A stretch of DNA of 64,000 nt from Gammaproteobacteria bacterium (lineage in GTDB: Bacteria; Pseudomonadota; Gammaproteobacteria; QNFE01): assembly GCA_003645455.1 (NCBI GenBank), contig QNFE01000001.1, positions 10,359 to 74,358 on the forward strand, written 5' to 3'. Under the pieces are notes generated by a model. It did no database searches and was not told the DNA's origin. It saw nothing but the letters and a program-made list of their open reading frames with translations. A program made the position numbers and the translations under genes. Positions 21,204 to 31,468 of this stretch are shown here, in pieces. Each line of letters starts with the position of its first letter. Position 1 is the stretch's first letter.

Positions 21204-22114
21204 TGATAAAAAATAACAATATCACATTTTATATAATGTTAGCACTCGCTATGACATTTTGGGGTTCGTCATGGGTGTCCGCTAAGGTTATGGCAGACTA
21301 TATTAGTGCAGGTGAGTTGGTAGTTTATCGTTATTTTATAACTACTATTACGATGATTCCTGTGCTTGTTTATTATAAAAATAGTTTTAAAATTAGTAAA
21401 AAAAATGTTCTCAAAGCCATCTTAGGTTCGTTGTTTTTATTTGCTTATTCTATCTTTTTTTTCTATGGCACAAAATATGGCACAGCAGGGGCAGGTGGTG
21501 CATTTGTTACAACTCTCGCTCCCATCGTGGTTTTTATTTTATTGGTGATATTTTTTGGCAAAAAAGTTTTTAAAAAAGATTTGATTGCTTTGTTGTTAGG
21601 AGCAGTGGGGGTTTTAACAATTTTAAATATTTGGCAATTTTCAGCGGATGATATTTTAACTACAGCTAATGCATTTTTTGTAATGGCAGCTGTGTCATGG
21701 CCGTTTTTAACAATTACAACCTCCAAAGCTACTGGCATAAAACCTCTGGTATTTTCTTTTTATATGTATCTTTTTATCACGATTATATCATTTATAACTA
21801 TTCCGTTTGATAGTGGTAATATATTTAATTTTGATAATTTTGGTGGGATTTTTTGGTTAAATTTAATTGTTATTTCGGTTTTTAGCACAACTTTTGCCAC
21901 CAGTATTTATTTTGTAGCAATTACCAGATTAGGCACCCAACAAGCCAGCGCTTTTATATTTTTGGTGCCTTTTAATGTTATTTTATTAAGTTATATTTTT
22001 CTGGATGAGCCGATATATTTAACCACAATAATCGGCACAATTTTAACCATAACTGCGGTGGCAATATTGAATAATTTACAATGGAAAAAAATTTTTAAAA
22101 TAAAAACAAAATGA
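21203..22114 (+). CDS. EamA/DMT family transporter
   Basis: 303 aa with ten predicted transmembrane segments and a duplicated EamA-like organisation. Confidence 0.65.
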   Translation: MIKNNNITFYIMLALAMTFWGSSWVSAKVMADYISAGELVVYRYFITTITMIPVLVYYKNSFKISKKNVLKAILGSLFLFAYSIFFFYGTKYGTAGAGGAFVTTLAPIVVFILLVIFFGKKVFKKDLIALLLGAVGVLTILNIWQFSADDILTTANAFFVMAAVSWPFLTITTSKATGIKPLVFSFYMYLFITIISFITIPFDSGNIFNFDNFGGIFWLNLIVISVFSTTFATSIYFVAITRLGTQQASAFIFLVPFNVILLSYIFLDEPIYLTTIIGTILTITAVAILNNLQWKKIFKIKTK

Positions 22115-22725
22115 GTGATATATATCCACTTTCAATGGTAATCTCAATCTTAACATTCGCTTTTACGATGGCTATGACCCCGGGGCCGAATAATGCTTTG
22201 TTTTTAAGTTCTGGGTTGACTTTTGGGTATCGGGCAACTATCCCCCACATTATAGGGGTTATTATAGGGTTTCCATTGATGACATTTTTTGTCGGTATAG
22301 GTTTAGGTGAGTTGTTTCAAACCTATCCTATTATTTTTCAAGTTTTAAAAATAATGAGTTTTGCTTATTTATTATGGATGGCATATCATATGACCCAAAT
22401 TAAAGGCGGTTTAGGCAATAATAAAAAACGTGATAAACCTCTGACATTTATTCAAGCGGTTTTGTTTCAATGGGTAAATCCCAAAGCTTGGATTATGGCA
22501 ATATCAAGCATTAGTGTATTTACCACCTCAATAGATAATAAATTTAGTCAGTTACTAATTGTAACTTTTTTATACTTTATCGTAGGTTTTGTCTCCACAA
22601 ATTTTTGGACTCTTGGCGGAGTTTTGTTAAAAAAGTTTATAACTTCACAAAAAGTAGTGCATATAATCAATTTAATTTTAGCATTTGTTATGGTGGCATC
22701 AGTATTGCCTTTTATGCTCCATTAA
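22111..22725 (+). CDS. LysE/RhtB family exporter
   Basis: 204 aa, N-terminal PGPNN motif, six transmembrane segments. Overlaps the EamA gene by 4 bp. Confidence 0.65.
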   Translation: MSDIYPLSMVISILTFAFTMAMTPGPNNALFLSSGLTFGYRATIPHIIGVIIGFPLMTFFVGIGLGELFQTYPIIFQVLKIMSFAYLLWMAYHMTQIKGGLGNNKKRDKPLTFIQAVLFQWVNPKAWIMAISSISVFTTSIDNKFSQLLIVTFLYFIVGFVSTNFWTLGGVLLKKFITSQKVVHIINLILAFVMVASVLPFMLH

Positions 22726-22869
22726 TGATTGCATGCTCCGCCACTAACTACAAACAAGACAAGGAACTTTAATCTATTCATGGCTATAATGAAAGCTGAA
22801 ATACATAAAGATCTCTAATAGTTGATAATTAAAAAATTCCTGTCTTTGGTTTTCTGCCTACCCCTATTT

Positions 22870-24615
22870 TTAATTAAATTGAAGTTTATAGAGGTTAGCA
22901 TATGTCAGGTTTTTGGCAAGCAATTCTTGGTGGGTGCCCCGTTCGATTATTTTACCTTGATCTAAAACGATAATTTTATCGGCATTTTCAATCGTTGATA
23001 GTCTGTGGGCGATAACTAATGTTGTGCGGTTGGCGAATAGATTTAATAATCCTTGTTGCACTTTTTTCTCTGATTCGCTATCAAGGCTTGATGTTGCCTC
23101 ATCTAAGATTAGAAGTGGTGCATTTTTTAAATAGGCTCGGGCGATAGCAAGCCTTTGTCTTTGACCACCTGAGAGTAAAATTCCATTTTCACCGATGCAG
23201 GTATCATATTTTTTTGGTAATTTTTCAATAAACTCATCGGCATAAGCGGCAACAGCTGCCTCTTTTATTTTTTTATCACTTGATTCTGATAAAAGCTTGC
23301 CATAGGCTATGTTATTTTTTATAGTATCATTGAATAGAGTTACATTTTGACCGACAAAGGAGATATTTTTACGATATTCGGCAAGTTGCACTTCATCTAT
23401 TTTTATGTCATCCATCAAAACTTCGCCCTCATAGGTTTGATAAAGTCTGCATAATATTGATGTTATTGTGCTTTTTCCTGAACCTGATTTTCCGACTAAT
23501 GCTACGGTTTGCCCTGCTTCTATTTCTAAATTTATATCGTCTAAGACAGATGGTAAATCCGGAGCATAACTGAATTTAAGATTTTTTATCGTAATTTTAC
23601 CACGAGCTTTGCTGATTGAAATTTTGCCTTGATCTGTTTCAACTGGACTATCTAACAACTCAAAGATACTATCGCTTGCTGCTATGCCTTTCTGTAATTC
23701 AGCATTAATGGTAGTAAGCCTACGCAGAGGGGCAAACATCCCGAGCATGGCGATTATAAAAGACATAAAAGTTCCAGCTGTGACAGTTCGCATCATGCCC
23801 TCATTGGTTGCCATATAAACTATCACGGCAAGAACTGTGGCAATAAAAAATTGGACGACAGGTACACTTATTGATCGGACTAAGACGAGTTTTAGGTTAT
23901 TTTTACGAGTTTCGGTATTGATGTTGGCATATTTTTCTTGCTCTTGATATGAACCACCAAATATTTTAACAACTCTGTGTCCTTCAATTGCCTCTTCGAT
24001 TATATGAGTCATCTTTCCCATTGAATTTTGGATAAGATGAGATAGGATTCTATATTTTTTCGCAAGATAGACTACCATAATTGCCAAAAATGGTGTTATG
24101 ACTAATAAAATTATTGTCAGTTGAGGGGACAGATATAACATCCAGGACATAAGACCTATAACGGTTAAAATATCACGGATTAGGATTGTTAGTGCATTGG
24201 TGGCAGAATCTGATACTCTCTCGGCATTAAAGGTAAGTTTTGAGACCAATTCTCCTGATGTCGAGTTATCATATACTCTCGTTGGTAGATCCAATAATTT
24301 GGCGAACATTTGGGCGCGTAATCTTAGCACTAATTTGCTGCCGACCCATGCCATAATATATCCTGACATAAAACCTCCTAACCCACGAATTAAAAAGGTG
24401 AGCATAATAAGGGCAGGCACGGCAGCGATTAAGAATGGGTCGCGGGCGACAAAACTGCCGTCAATCATGGGTTTCATCAAAGCTGCAAAGGCGGTATCTG
24501 TGGCAGCATATAAAATCATTCCAAAAGAAGCAAGAGCTATTAAGTGGTAGTGTGGTTTGACTAATTTTAATAAACGAGCATAAACCTTAAAAGCGCTGGC
24601 TTTCTTTTTATCCAT
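22870..24615 (-). CDS. msbA: Lipid A export ABC transporter ATP-binding/permease MsbA
   Basis: Six-transmembrane domain followed by an ABC ATPase (Walker A GKSGSGKST, signature LSGGQRQR). 581 aa. Confidence 0.8.
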   Translation of the reverse strand: MDKKKASAFKVYARLLKLVKPHYHLIALASFGMILYAATDTAFAALMKPMIDGSFVARDPFLIAAVPALIMLTFLIRGLGGFMSGYIMAWVGSKLVLRLRAQMFAKLLDLPTRVYDNSTSGELVSKLTFNAERVSDSATNALTILIRDILTVIGLMSWMLYLSPQLTIILLVITPFLAIMVVYLAKKYRILSHLIQNSMGKMTHIIEEAIEGHRVVKIFGGSYQEQEKYANINTETRKNNLKLVLVRSISVPVVQFFIATVLAVIVYMATNEGMMRTVTAGTFMSFIIAMLGMFAPLRRLTTINAELQKGIAASDSIFELLDSPVETDQGKISISKARGKITIKNLKFSYAPDLPSVLDDINLEIEAGQTVALVGKSGSGKSTITSILCRLYQTYEGEVLMDDIKIDEVQLAEYRKNISFVGQNVTLFNDTIKNNIAYGKLLSESSDKKIKEAAVAAYADEFIEKLPKKYDTCIGENGILLSGGQRQRLAIARAYLKNAPLLILDEATSSLDSESEKKVQQGLLNLFANRTTLVIAHRLSTIENADKIIVLDQGKIIERGTHQELLAKNLTYANLYKLQFN

Positions 24616-24626
24616 ATTTTTTACTC

Positions 24627-25031
24627 TTATTCTAATTTTGTTGTAGCAAAAGAGATCGAATTTATTCCAGCTTTGGCGGCGGCATCCATAACGCTAATAA
24701 CGGCTTGATGAGGGGCGATGGCATCGGCTTTAATGATAATAATTGAGTTTTTATTATATTTTGATAGGGATTTTTTTAAAAGATTGTCATTGTTTATATC
24801 AATTCTTATATTGTCAATAAAAACAAAACCATTTTTATTGATAGCAATTTGTATTTTATTTTTATATTGTTTGCTGTTGTTGGACTCTGCCTGTGGAAGG
24901 TTGATCTGGATTTTTGATTGTTGTTGAAAGGTGGTCGTGACCATAAAAAATATTAACAACAAAAATACAACATCAATTAAAGAGGTAAGATTCAGGTCTA
25001 ATTCTTCGAGGTCTTGATTGGCGAATCTCAT
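24627..25031 (-). CDS. exbD: Biopolymer transport protein ExbD/TolR
   Basis: 134 aa with a single N-terminal transmembrane segment. ExbD/TolR family, paired with the upstream MotA/ExbB channel. Confidence 0.7.
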   Translation of the reverse strand: MRFANQDLEELDLNLTSLIDVVFLLLIFFMVTTTFQQQSKIQINLPQAESNNSKQYKNKIQIAINKNGFVFIDNIRIDINNDNLLKKSLSKYNKNSIIIIKADAIAPHQAVISVMDAAAKAGINSISFATTKLE

Positions 25032-25040
25032 ATGTTGTTA

Positions 25041-25634
25041 TTACAAGGATTTAACAAGAGTAATAGCCTCTTTTTCCATGATTAAAATCAAGGTGTTGAT
25101 ACGGGCACGGAAATAACGATAGAAAAATAAAGCCGGGATGGCAACACTCAAACCCGTGGCAGTGGTTATCAAGGCTTTGTTGATGCCTCCTGCTAACATT
25201 GTAGGATCTCCTACACCAACTGTAGTAATGGTAGCGAATACATTTATCATGCCGATTACTGTGCCAAGCAATCCTAACAAGGGTGAGATGGCAGCGATGG
25301 TTCCCAATAGATTGATATATTTATTTAATTTGTGGGCAACATGGCGACCTTCCTCTTCAACTGTGTCTTTTAAGAATTCAGCAGAGCGATTACGATTTAA
25401 TAAACCACACACTAAAATTTCACCCAGGGGTGAGTTGTTTTTTAACTTGCTTAACATGGATTTATCAATGCCACCTTGATGTAATAGTCGCAGAGTTTCC
25501 ACCAATAAATGTTTGGGGAGGACTTTGTTTTGTTTTAGGGACCAAAGTCGTTCGATTATGATTGCTACAGCTAAAACTGAAAACAGCAGTAGAGGTGCCA
25601 TAATATAACCGCCAGATTGAACAATTTCCCACAT
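25041..25634 (-). CDS. exbB: MotA/TolQ/ExbB proton-channel protein
   Basis: 197 aa, three-transmembrane ExbB-like protein. No tolA, tolB or pal genes are nearby, which favours ExbB over TolQ. Confidence 0.65.
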   Translation of the reverse strand: MWEIVQSGGYIMAPLLLFSVLAVAIIIERLWSLKQNKVLPKHLLVETLRLLHQGGIDKSMLSKLKNNSPLGEILVCGLLNRNRSAEFLKDTVEEEGRHVAHKLNKYINLLGTIAAISPLLGLLGTVIGMINVFATITTVGVGDPTMLAGGINKALITTATGLSVAIPALFFYRYFRARINTLILIMEKEAITLVKSL

Positions 25635-25638
25635 AGTA

Positions 25639-25920
25639 TTATTTATCGTTAACCATTTGTTTTAATTTTTTACCGGGGCGAAAAAAAGGCACAAATTTTT
25701 CGTCCAAGTCCACTGATTCTCCTGTTTTAGGGTTGCGTCCTACTTTTGCTTTGTGATGATGAACAGCAAAACTGCCAAAACCACGAATTTCAATCCTATC
25801 TTTTTTAATCAAACTATCACCTATATATTTCAAAATCAAGTTGCAAGCTATATCAATATCCGAATGATCAAGATATTTTTGCTTTTCCGTTATTGAATTA
25901 ACAAGTCCTGTTTTAGTCAT
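25639..25920 (-). CDS. HU/IHF family DNA-binding protein (IHF beta-like)
   Basis: The core 'GDSL...RIEIRGFGSF...R.GRNPKTGESV' is the IHF/HU fold. I took the start as the internal ATG (MTKTGLVN...), which gives 94 aa; the longer ORF start would add a hydrophobic, non-homologous extension. Confidence 0.7.
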   Translation of the reverse strand: MTKTGLVNSITEKQKYLDHSDIDIACNLILKYIGDSLIKKDRIEIRGFGSFAVHHHKAKVGRNPKTGESVDLDEKFVPFFRPGKKLKQMVNDK

Positions 25921-26047
25921 AATATGATTTTTTAAAAAAATGACAATTATACACAAAGTAAAACAAAAAAACAAAAAATTTATTTTTTTACCCATGGAAA
26001 ACTTAGATTTTGTATAATATGCAGTTATTTTTTAGGTTTATTAAGGT

Positions 26048-27409
26048 ATGAATAAAGATTTACAAATTATAATCTTAGCAGCAGGCAAGGGCACACGGAT
26101 GGTGTCCGATAAAGCTAAGGTGTTGCATAAGTTAGCAGGAAAGCCCTTATTAGGATTTGTCATTGAGGCGTCTTTGTCCCTTACAACAGAGGTAATTGTT
26201 GTCGTCGGGCACCAAGCATCAGAGGTTAAAAAATTAAATTATCCTGTTAAATGGGTCCAGCAAAAAGAACAACTTGGCACAGGACATGCAGTGCAAATGG
26301 CAAACCCTTATTTGGATGGCAACAAAAAATGTTTGATTTTATATGGCGATGTGCCACTTATCAAACCTACTACCATAAAAAAACTTGCAGATTTATCGGA
26401 TAAAAATACCATCTCACTTTTAACCTTGATTATGAAAAATCAACACGGTTATGGGCGAATTATCCGCGATGAATCAAACAACATAACCTCAATAGTGGAA
26501 GAAAAAGATGCCAGCGACCTACAAAAACAAATCAAAGAAATCAATACTGGGATTTTATCAGTTACTAATGATAATCTAATTAAATTATTACAAAATTTAA
26601 AATCAGACAACTCACAAGGGGAATATTATTTAACAGATATAATCGCCCAAGCCCATCAAAATGGTTTAAAAACAATCTCGGTGGCATCCCATTCGGTGCA
26701 TGAGGTAGCAGGGGTAAACGACAAAAAACAACTTGCTGTTTTGGAGCGAGTTTATCAACAAACCTGTGCCAAAGATTTAATGGTAGCGGGTTTAACTTTG
26801 TCCGATTATCGCCGTTTTGATTTACGAGGCACTTTAAAATTTGGCATGAATTGTATAATTGATATCAATGTTGTGTTTGAAGGTGATAATAAAATTGGTG
26901 ATAATGTTTATATTGCTCCCAACTGCATTTTAAAAAATGTTGATATAGGGGACAATGTAATCATCAAAGCCAATAGCATTTTAGAGAGTTGCAAGGTGTC
27001 AAACAATGCCACAGTTGGACCTTTTAGCAGGTTGCGCCCAGGGGCAGAGCTTAAAAATAATGCGATGGTAGGAAACTTTGTTGAGGTTAAAAAATCAATA
27101 ATAGGCGAGGACTCCAAAGCATCTCATTTGGCATATATCGGCGATGCCACCATCGGAAAAAATGTCAATGTAGGAGCAGGAGTCATAACCTGTAATTATG
27201 ATGGAGCGAATAAAAATAAAACGATTATTGAAGATGATGTTTTTGTCGGCTCTGATACCCAATTAGTGGCCCCGGTTAAACTCGGCAAAGGTTCCACCAT
27301 CGGAGCAGGCAGCACAATAACGACAAATGTCCCAAAAAAAATGTTAGTTTTATCAAGAATAAAACAAAAAGAAGTGCCGTCATGGCAAAGACCCAAAAAG
27401 AAAGAGTAA
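26048..27409 (+). CDS. glmU: Bifunctional UDP-N-acetylglucosamine pyrophosphorylase / glucosamine-1-phosphate N-acetyltransferase
   Basis: N-terminal nucleotidyltransferase motif (LAAGKGTRM) and C-terminal left-handed beta-helix hexapeptide repeats. 453 aa. Confidence 0.9.
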   Translation: MNKDLQIIILAAGKGTRMVSDKAKVLHKLAGKPLLGFVIEASLSLTTEVIVVVGHQASEVKKLNYPVKWVQQKEQLGTGHAVQMANPYLDGNKKCLILYGDVPLIKPTTIKKLADLSDKNTISLLTLIMKNQHGYGRIIRDESNNITSIVEEKDASDLQKQIKEINTGILSVTNDNLIKLLQNLKSDNSQGEYYLTDIIAQAHQNGLKTISVASHSVHEVAGVNDKKQLAVLERVYQQTCAKDLMVAGLTLSDYRRFDLRGTLKFGMNCIIDINVVFEGDNKIGDNVYIAPNCILKNVDIGDNVIIKANSILESCKVSNNATVGPFSRLRPGAELKNNAMVGNFVEVKKSIIGEDSKASHLAYIGDATIGKNVNVGAGVITCNYDGANKNKTIIEDDVFVGSDTQLVAPVKLGKGSTIGAGSTITTNVPKKMLVLSRIKQKEVPSWQRPKKKE

Positions 27410-27418
27410 AAAAATCCC

Positions 27419-27600
27419 GTCATTGCGAACGGAATTATAAAATCTCAAAAAATCCCGTCATTGCGAGCGGAACGAAGTGTAGCGAAGCAATCTCGTCAAA
27501 ACGGACGGATAATAACGAGCAAAAAGAACCCTCGTCATCGCGAACGAGCTTGCGAGTGTGGCGATCTCATAGTAGCAGACGGATAATAACAATAGAATAC
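27419..27600. repeat. Cluster of about 2.3 tandem copies of an approximately 78 bp element of the 'cccgtcattgcgagcgg...gcaatctc' type in the glmU-glmS spacer
   Basis: Direct repeats 'aaaaatcccgtcattgcgaRcgga' at 27415 and 27444. Units at 27448-27516 and 27528-27597 both end in 'gacggataataac'. Each unit carries an imperfect internal palindrome (attgcgagcg ... cgaagcaat). Confidence 0.6.
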
Positions 27601-27800
27601 AAACCCCATGAGATAACCACGGCGGATTATTATTTGTCTTGCATCGCTTTTATTCGTCCGCCTCGTTATGGCGAATTGTTATTTTTTGTTTGGTAAAAGA
27701 TATGGAATATTCAAAACCAATGGAGCAAATAAAAACAGTTCATGTGTTTGTGGTATTGTATAATAACAAACATTAAGCAGGTAAAAAAAAGGAGTAAAAT

Positions 27801-29630
27801 ATGTGTGGAATAGTAGCGGCAATAACTAATAGAAATGTCTCGTCAATTTTGATTGAGGGGTTGAAAAGATTAGAATATCGAGGATATGATTCAGCAGGGA
27901 TTGCACTGCTTGACGATAACAATAAATTAATTAGAGTTCGCACCAAAGGCAAAGTAGAGGTGTTAGAGCAAGAGTTAAAAAAACAACCATTGTCTGGCAA
28001 AATTGGCATAGCCCATACTCGCTGGGCGACTCACGGCAAACCTACCACCATCAACGCTCATCCACATTTTTCATCTGATAGAGTGGCAATAGTGCATAAT
28101 GGGATTATTGAAAACTATAAAGACTTGCAACAAGAGCTAAAAGAGCACGGTTATATCTGCACCAGCCAAACAGACACAGAAATTGTCGCTCATATGTTAG
28201 ATTTCTTTTTAAAACAAGGTAGTGATTTAAAACAAGCCGTGCAAAAGTCTGTTAAAAAAATCAAAGGTGCTTATGCGATTGTGGCAATGGAGCAAAATAA
28301 CCCACATCAATTGATAGCTTTTAAAAAAGCCTCACCTTTGGTTATAGGGGTCGGGATTGATGAGAATTTTATCGCCTCTGATGCCCCTGCTTTATCTATT
28401 GTGACTAATCGTTTTATTTATCCTGCGGATGAAAATATAATTGTTCTTGATGATAAAAGTGTCCAAATTTATGATAAAAATGACAAACTAATAAAAAGTA
28501 AAATTGTCGATTATACCTTTGATAGTGACCCTATCGGCAAGGGCGGATTTAGCCATTATATGGAAAAAGAAATTTTCGAGCAACCTGCAACATCTGAGCA
28601 AACCTTAGAGGGGCGAATAAGCCATGATAAAACAACGATTGACATCTCCAACAAAATCCCAGATGAGATTTTAAAACAGGTTGAATGTTGTCATATCGTA
28701 GCCTGTGGCACAAGTTATCATGCCGGGATGGTGGCAAAATACTGGTTGGAGCAGTATGCAAAAATCCCCACGAGTATAGAAGTTGCCAGCGAATATCGTT
28801 ATCGCTCAAATATAGTGCCAAAAAATACTTTATATATTACAATCTCCCAATCAGGTGAAACCGCAGACTCCATCGCCGCTTTGAAAAAAGCCCAAAATGA
28901 GTCAAATTATTTATCAACTTTGGTGGTGTGTAATGTCGAACAAAGCACGATGGTGCGAGAGGCAAAATACAACTTAATCACTCGTGCCGGGGTCGAGGTA
29001 GGGGTTGCCAGCACCAAGGCTTTTACAACTCAACTTTTGACTTTGTCAATCTTAACCGCTTCCCTTGCCAAATTAAATAATGATTTTAATGAAAAAGAAT
29101 TTGTTGAATCGCTGGTTCAACTTCCGCTGAAAATTCAACAGGTTTTAGAGCAAAAAGAGCAAATAAATAAACTTTCAACAAATTTTAAACATACCAATTC
29201 AATGTTATTCTTGGGAAGATTGACAGGTTATCCTATTGCTTTGGAGGGCGCACTTAAACTCAAAGAAATATCCTATATTCATGCCGAATCTTATCCTGCT
29301 GGCGAGTTAAAACACGGTCCATTAGCCCTAATAGACGAGAGTTTGCCAACTATTGCTGTTGTTATGTTTGAAAAAAATACCGATAAATTATTAAGCAATT
29401 TAGAAGAGGTAAAATCCCGTGGTGGTGATGTTTATATTTTTGCTGATGAGAGGTTAAAATTAACCGAGGACACACAAACAAAAATAATAAATATCCCAGC
29501 CATTGATAATATGTTAGCCCCTATTTTACACATAATCCCTTTGCAACTTTTGGCATATTATGTTGCTGTGCATCGTGGCACCGATATAGATCAACCTAGA
29601 AATTTAGCAAAATCTGTAACCGTTGAGTAG
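27801..29630 (+). CDS. glmS: Glutamine--fructose-6-phosphate aminotransferase (isomerising)
   Basis: N-terminal MCGIV (Ntn amidotransferase) followed by two SIS domains. 609 aa. Confidence 0.92.
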   Translation: MCGIVAAITNRNVSSILIEGLKRLEYRGYDSAGIALLDDNNKLIRVRTKGKVEVLEQELKKQPLSGKIGIAHTRWATHGKPTTINAHPHFSSDRVAIVHNGIIENYKDLQQELKEHGYICTSQTDTEIVAHMLDFFLKQGSDLKQAVQKSVKKIKGAYAIVAMEQNNPHQLIAFKKASPLVIGVGIDENFIASDAPALSIVTNRFIYPADENIIVLDDKSVQIYDKNDKLIKSKIVDYTFDSDPIGKGGFSHYMEKEIFEQPATSEQTLEGRISHDKTTIDISNKIPDEILKQVECCHIVACGTSYHAGMVAKYWLEQYAKIPTSIEVASEYRYRSNIVPKNTLYITISQSGETADSIAALKKAQNESNYLSTLVVCNVEQSTMVREAKYNLITRAGVEVGVASTKAFTTQLLTLSILTASLAKLNNDFNEKEFVESLVQLPLKIQQVLEQKEQINKLSTNFKHTNSMLFLGRLTGYPIALEGALKLKEISYIHAESYPAGELKHGPLALIDESLPTIAVVMFEKNTDKLLSNLEEVKSRGGDVYIFADERLKLTEDTQTKIINIPAIDNMLAPILHIIPLQLLAYYVAVHRGTDIDQPRNLAKSVTVE

Positions 29631-29836
29631 TTGCTGATTTTTAAGAAGCCACCAGAGCTCCTCCACTGTTGTCTTCTTAAAGATTTACAATTGACAAAAA
29701 TATATTGCTTTACTAATCATGGGGGTTAGTCAGAGCTTCCATAAGGAAACTATGGATAACTGAATATAGCTTAACATAACAAATTGTATCATAGCTGTCG
29801 TATGATTTGCGATCTGTCATCACCTTGCAATTGATG

Positions 29837-31033
29837 TTAGTCAATCAATAAAATTACATCATAGATCGGCAATAAGATTGACATGATAATCCAGCCGACT
29901 AATAAGCCTAAAATAATTGTTAAAACTGGGGTGATTAACGGTTCTATTTTATCAATTTTATCTGTTGTTTGTTTATCGTATAGTTGTTGAATGCTATCGA
30001 TTGAGAGGTTAATCTTACCGCTTTGTTGTCCTATTTTTATCATGGCATAGGCTTCAATATTTAATATTTTTTTCATCGCATCTGCAATCTGTTCGCCTTG
30101 TATAATTTTCTGATAGGCTATTTTCATATATTTTTGGAGATATAGATTGTCAAGCCCATTTATTGAAATATCAAGGCTATCGGCAAAAGAGTGTCCGCTT
30201 TGGTGTAAGGTTGATAAGCAATAAAAAAAACGGCTAAGTTTTGTTTGGTATAAAATATCTCCTATCAAAGGCAGTTTAATAATGAGTCTATCCCATATTA
30301 GGTGAAATTTTTGTGAAGTTTTGAGCATTATTTTTATTATCATGAGTGTTGTTAAAAAAGTAATTAACAAAAATATGCCATAATTTTTTAAAAAACTTGC
30401 AAGAGACAATAAAGCCTTGGTATAAAAAGGCAAAGATGCATCAAAGGATCTGATGAAGCCTGTGAGTTGAGGCACGAGATACCACAACAAAAAGCTTGCA
30501 ACCGCTATTATTACTGTAAATGACAGAATAGGAATTGTAAGGATTTTTTTGATTTTTTTAATATTTTGTTCTTTTTGTTGCAAATAATTCACCAAGTTTT
30601 TTAAAATTAAATCTAATTTAACGCTATCTTCGCCGACCCTGATCATATTGATAAAAACACCATCAAAAGTGCTGGTAAACTTCTGCATTGATTGGCTGAG
30701 TTTCAAGCCGCCTGATACATCTTTATAAAAAATATGCAACATAGCCTGATTGTTGTTTTTTTTTGAAGCATTGAGAGATATTATATGCAAAGATTCTCCT
30801 AACGAGACCCCGGCTTGTAATAAAAATTGTAGTTGTTGGCAAAAGGCAATCAGCTCATCGGTATTCAATGTTTTTTTTGCAAAAAAATTAAAATATTTTC
30901 TTTTTTTGTGGCAGGATAAAAGGGATAGGTTTTTTTTGTCAAGTAGGGTTAAAAGTTGCTCTTTGTTGGTGCAATTTATTACACCGTTAATAGTGTCACC
31001 ATTATCATTAACTGCTTTGTAATTCCACAACAT
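29837..31033 (-). CDS. Type II secretion system F-family protein (PilC/GspF-like), orphan
   Basis: 398 aa with two GspF-type repeats and three transmembrane segments. The N-terminus is PilC-like (YKAVNDNGDTINGVI). No pilB/pilD or gspE partner genes are in the window. Confidence 0.65.
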   Translation of the reverse strand: MLWNYKAVNDNGDTINGVINCTNKEQLLTLLDKKNLSLLSCHKKRKYFNFFAKKTLNTDELIAFCQQLQFLLQAGVSLGESLHIISLNASKKNNNQAMLHIFYKDVSGGLKLSQSMQKFTSTFDGVFINMIRVGEDSVKLDLILKNLVNYLQQKEQNIKKIKKILTIPILSFTVIIAVASFLLWYLVPQLTGFIRSFDASLPFYTKALLSLASFLKNYGIFLLITFLTTLMIIKIMLKTSQKFHLIWDRLIIKLPLIGDILYQTKLSRFFYCLSTLHQSGHSFADSLDISINGLDNLYLQKYMKIAYQKIIQGEQIADAMKKILNIEAYAMIKIGQQSGKINLSIDSIQQLYDKQTTDKIDKIEPLITPVLTIILGLLVGWIIMSILLPIYDVILLID

Positions 31034-31042
31034 AGAATGCCC

Positions 31043-31462
31043 TTAACACTGCTCCCATGGTAGGTTTTCATAACGCCATCCTTCGGCAACACTGCGATGA
31101 TGTTTTTGATCTAATTTGCCCTCAAAACCACCATTGATAACATAAATTGACTTTATGCCTGCTAACGAGAGGCAATCTGCTGCGGCTTTGGAGCGATTCG
31201 TGCTACGGCAAATTAAAAATATTTTTATCTTTTTTGTGGAGTTCATTTGTCGTCCTAAGAGTAGTTTTTTAACCTCAGAGGTAAAATTTTTATTAACATC
31301 CCAATCTGGGTAATCAATCCAGGCAATATGGATGGCTCCCACTGGATGACCTACCATTAGAAATTCCATATCGGAGCGAACATCAATCAGGATAGTATCG
31401 GTATCATTTTGTAATTGTTTGTAGGCATCTTGTGGTTTTATTGTTTGATAAGCATTGTTCAT
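31043..31462 (-). CDS. Rhodanese-like domain protein
   Basis: Active-site loop 'CRSTNRS' in a single-domain rhodanese of 139 aa. Confidence 0.7.
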   Translation of the reverse strand: MNNAYQTIKPQDAYKQLQNDTDTILIDVRSDMEFLMVGHPVGAIHIAWIDYPDWDVNKNFTSEVKKLLLGRQMNSTKKIKIFLICRSTNRSKAAADCLSLAGIKSIYVINGGFEGKLDQKHHRSVAEGWRYENLPWEQC

Positions 31463-31468
31463 ATTTAT

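Noticed and set aside
22726-22869. Slightly GC-richer convergent intergenic region (LysE/msbA) as a possible small RNA or tRNA
   Set aside because: I could find no cloverleaf, no T-loop consensus and no convincing hairpin, so I could not support an RNA gene by eye.
27415-27470. Possible CRISPR array from direct repeats 'aaaaatcccgtcattgcgaRcgga'
   Set aside because: There are only two close copies plus a diverged third with irregular spacing. There are no cas genes, and the units form a longer tandem element of about 78 bp. This is a REP/MITE-like repeat, not CRISPR.
27382-27696. 104 aa ORF in the glmU-glmS spacer
   Set aside because: It is encoded almost entirely by the tandem 'cccgtcattgcgagcgg' repeat units and overlaps the glmU 3' end. 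Its product is a low-complexity repeat translation, so it is not a real gene.
29631-29836. Tn7 or other insertion at attTn7 downstream of glmS
   Set aside because: No tnsABCDE-like genes and no Tn7 end repeats. The spacer is short and followed directly by a chromosomal-looking gene.
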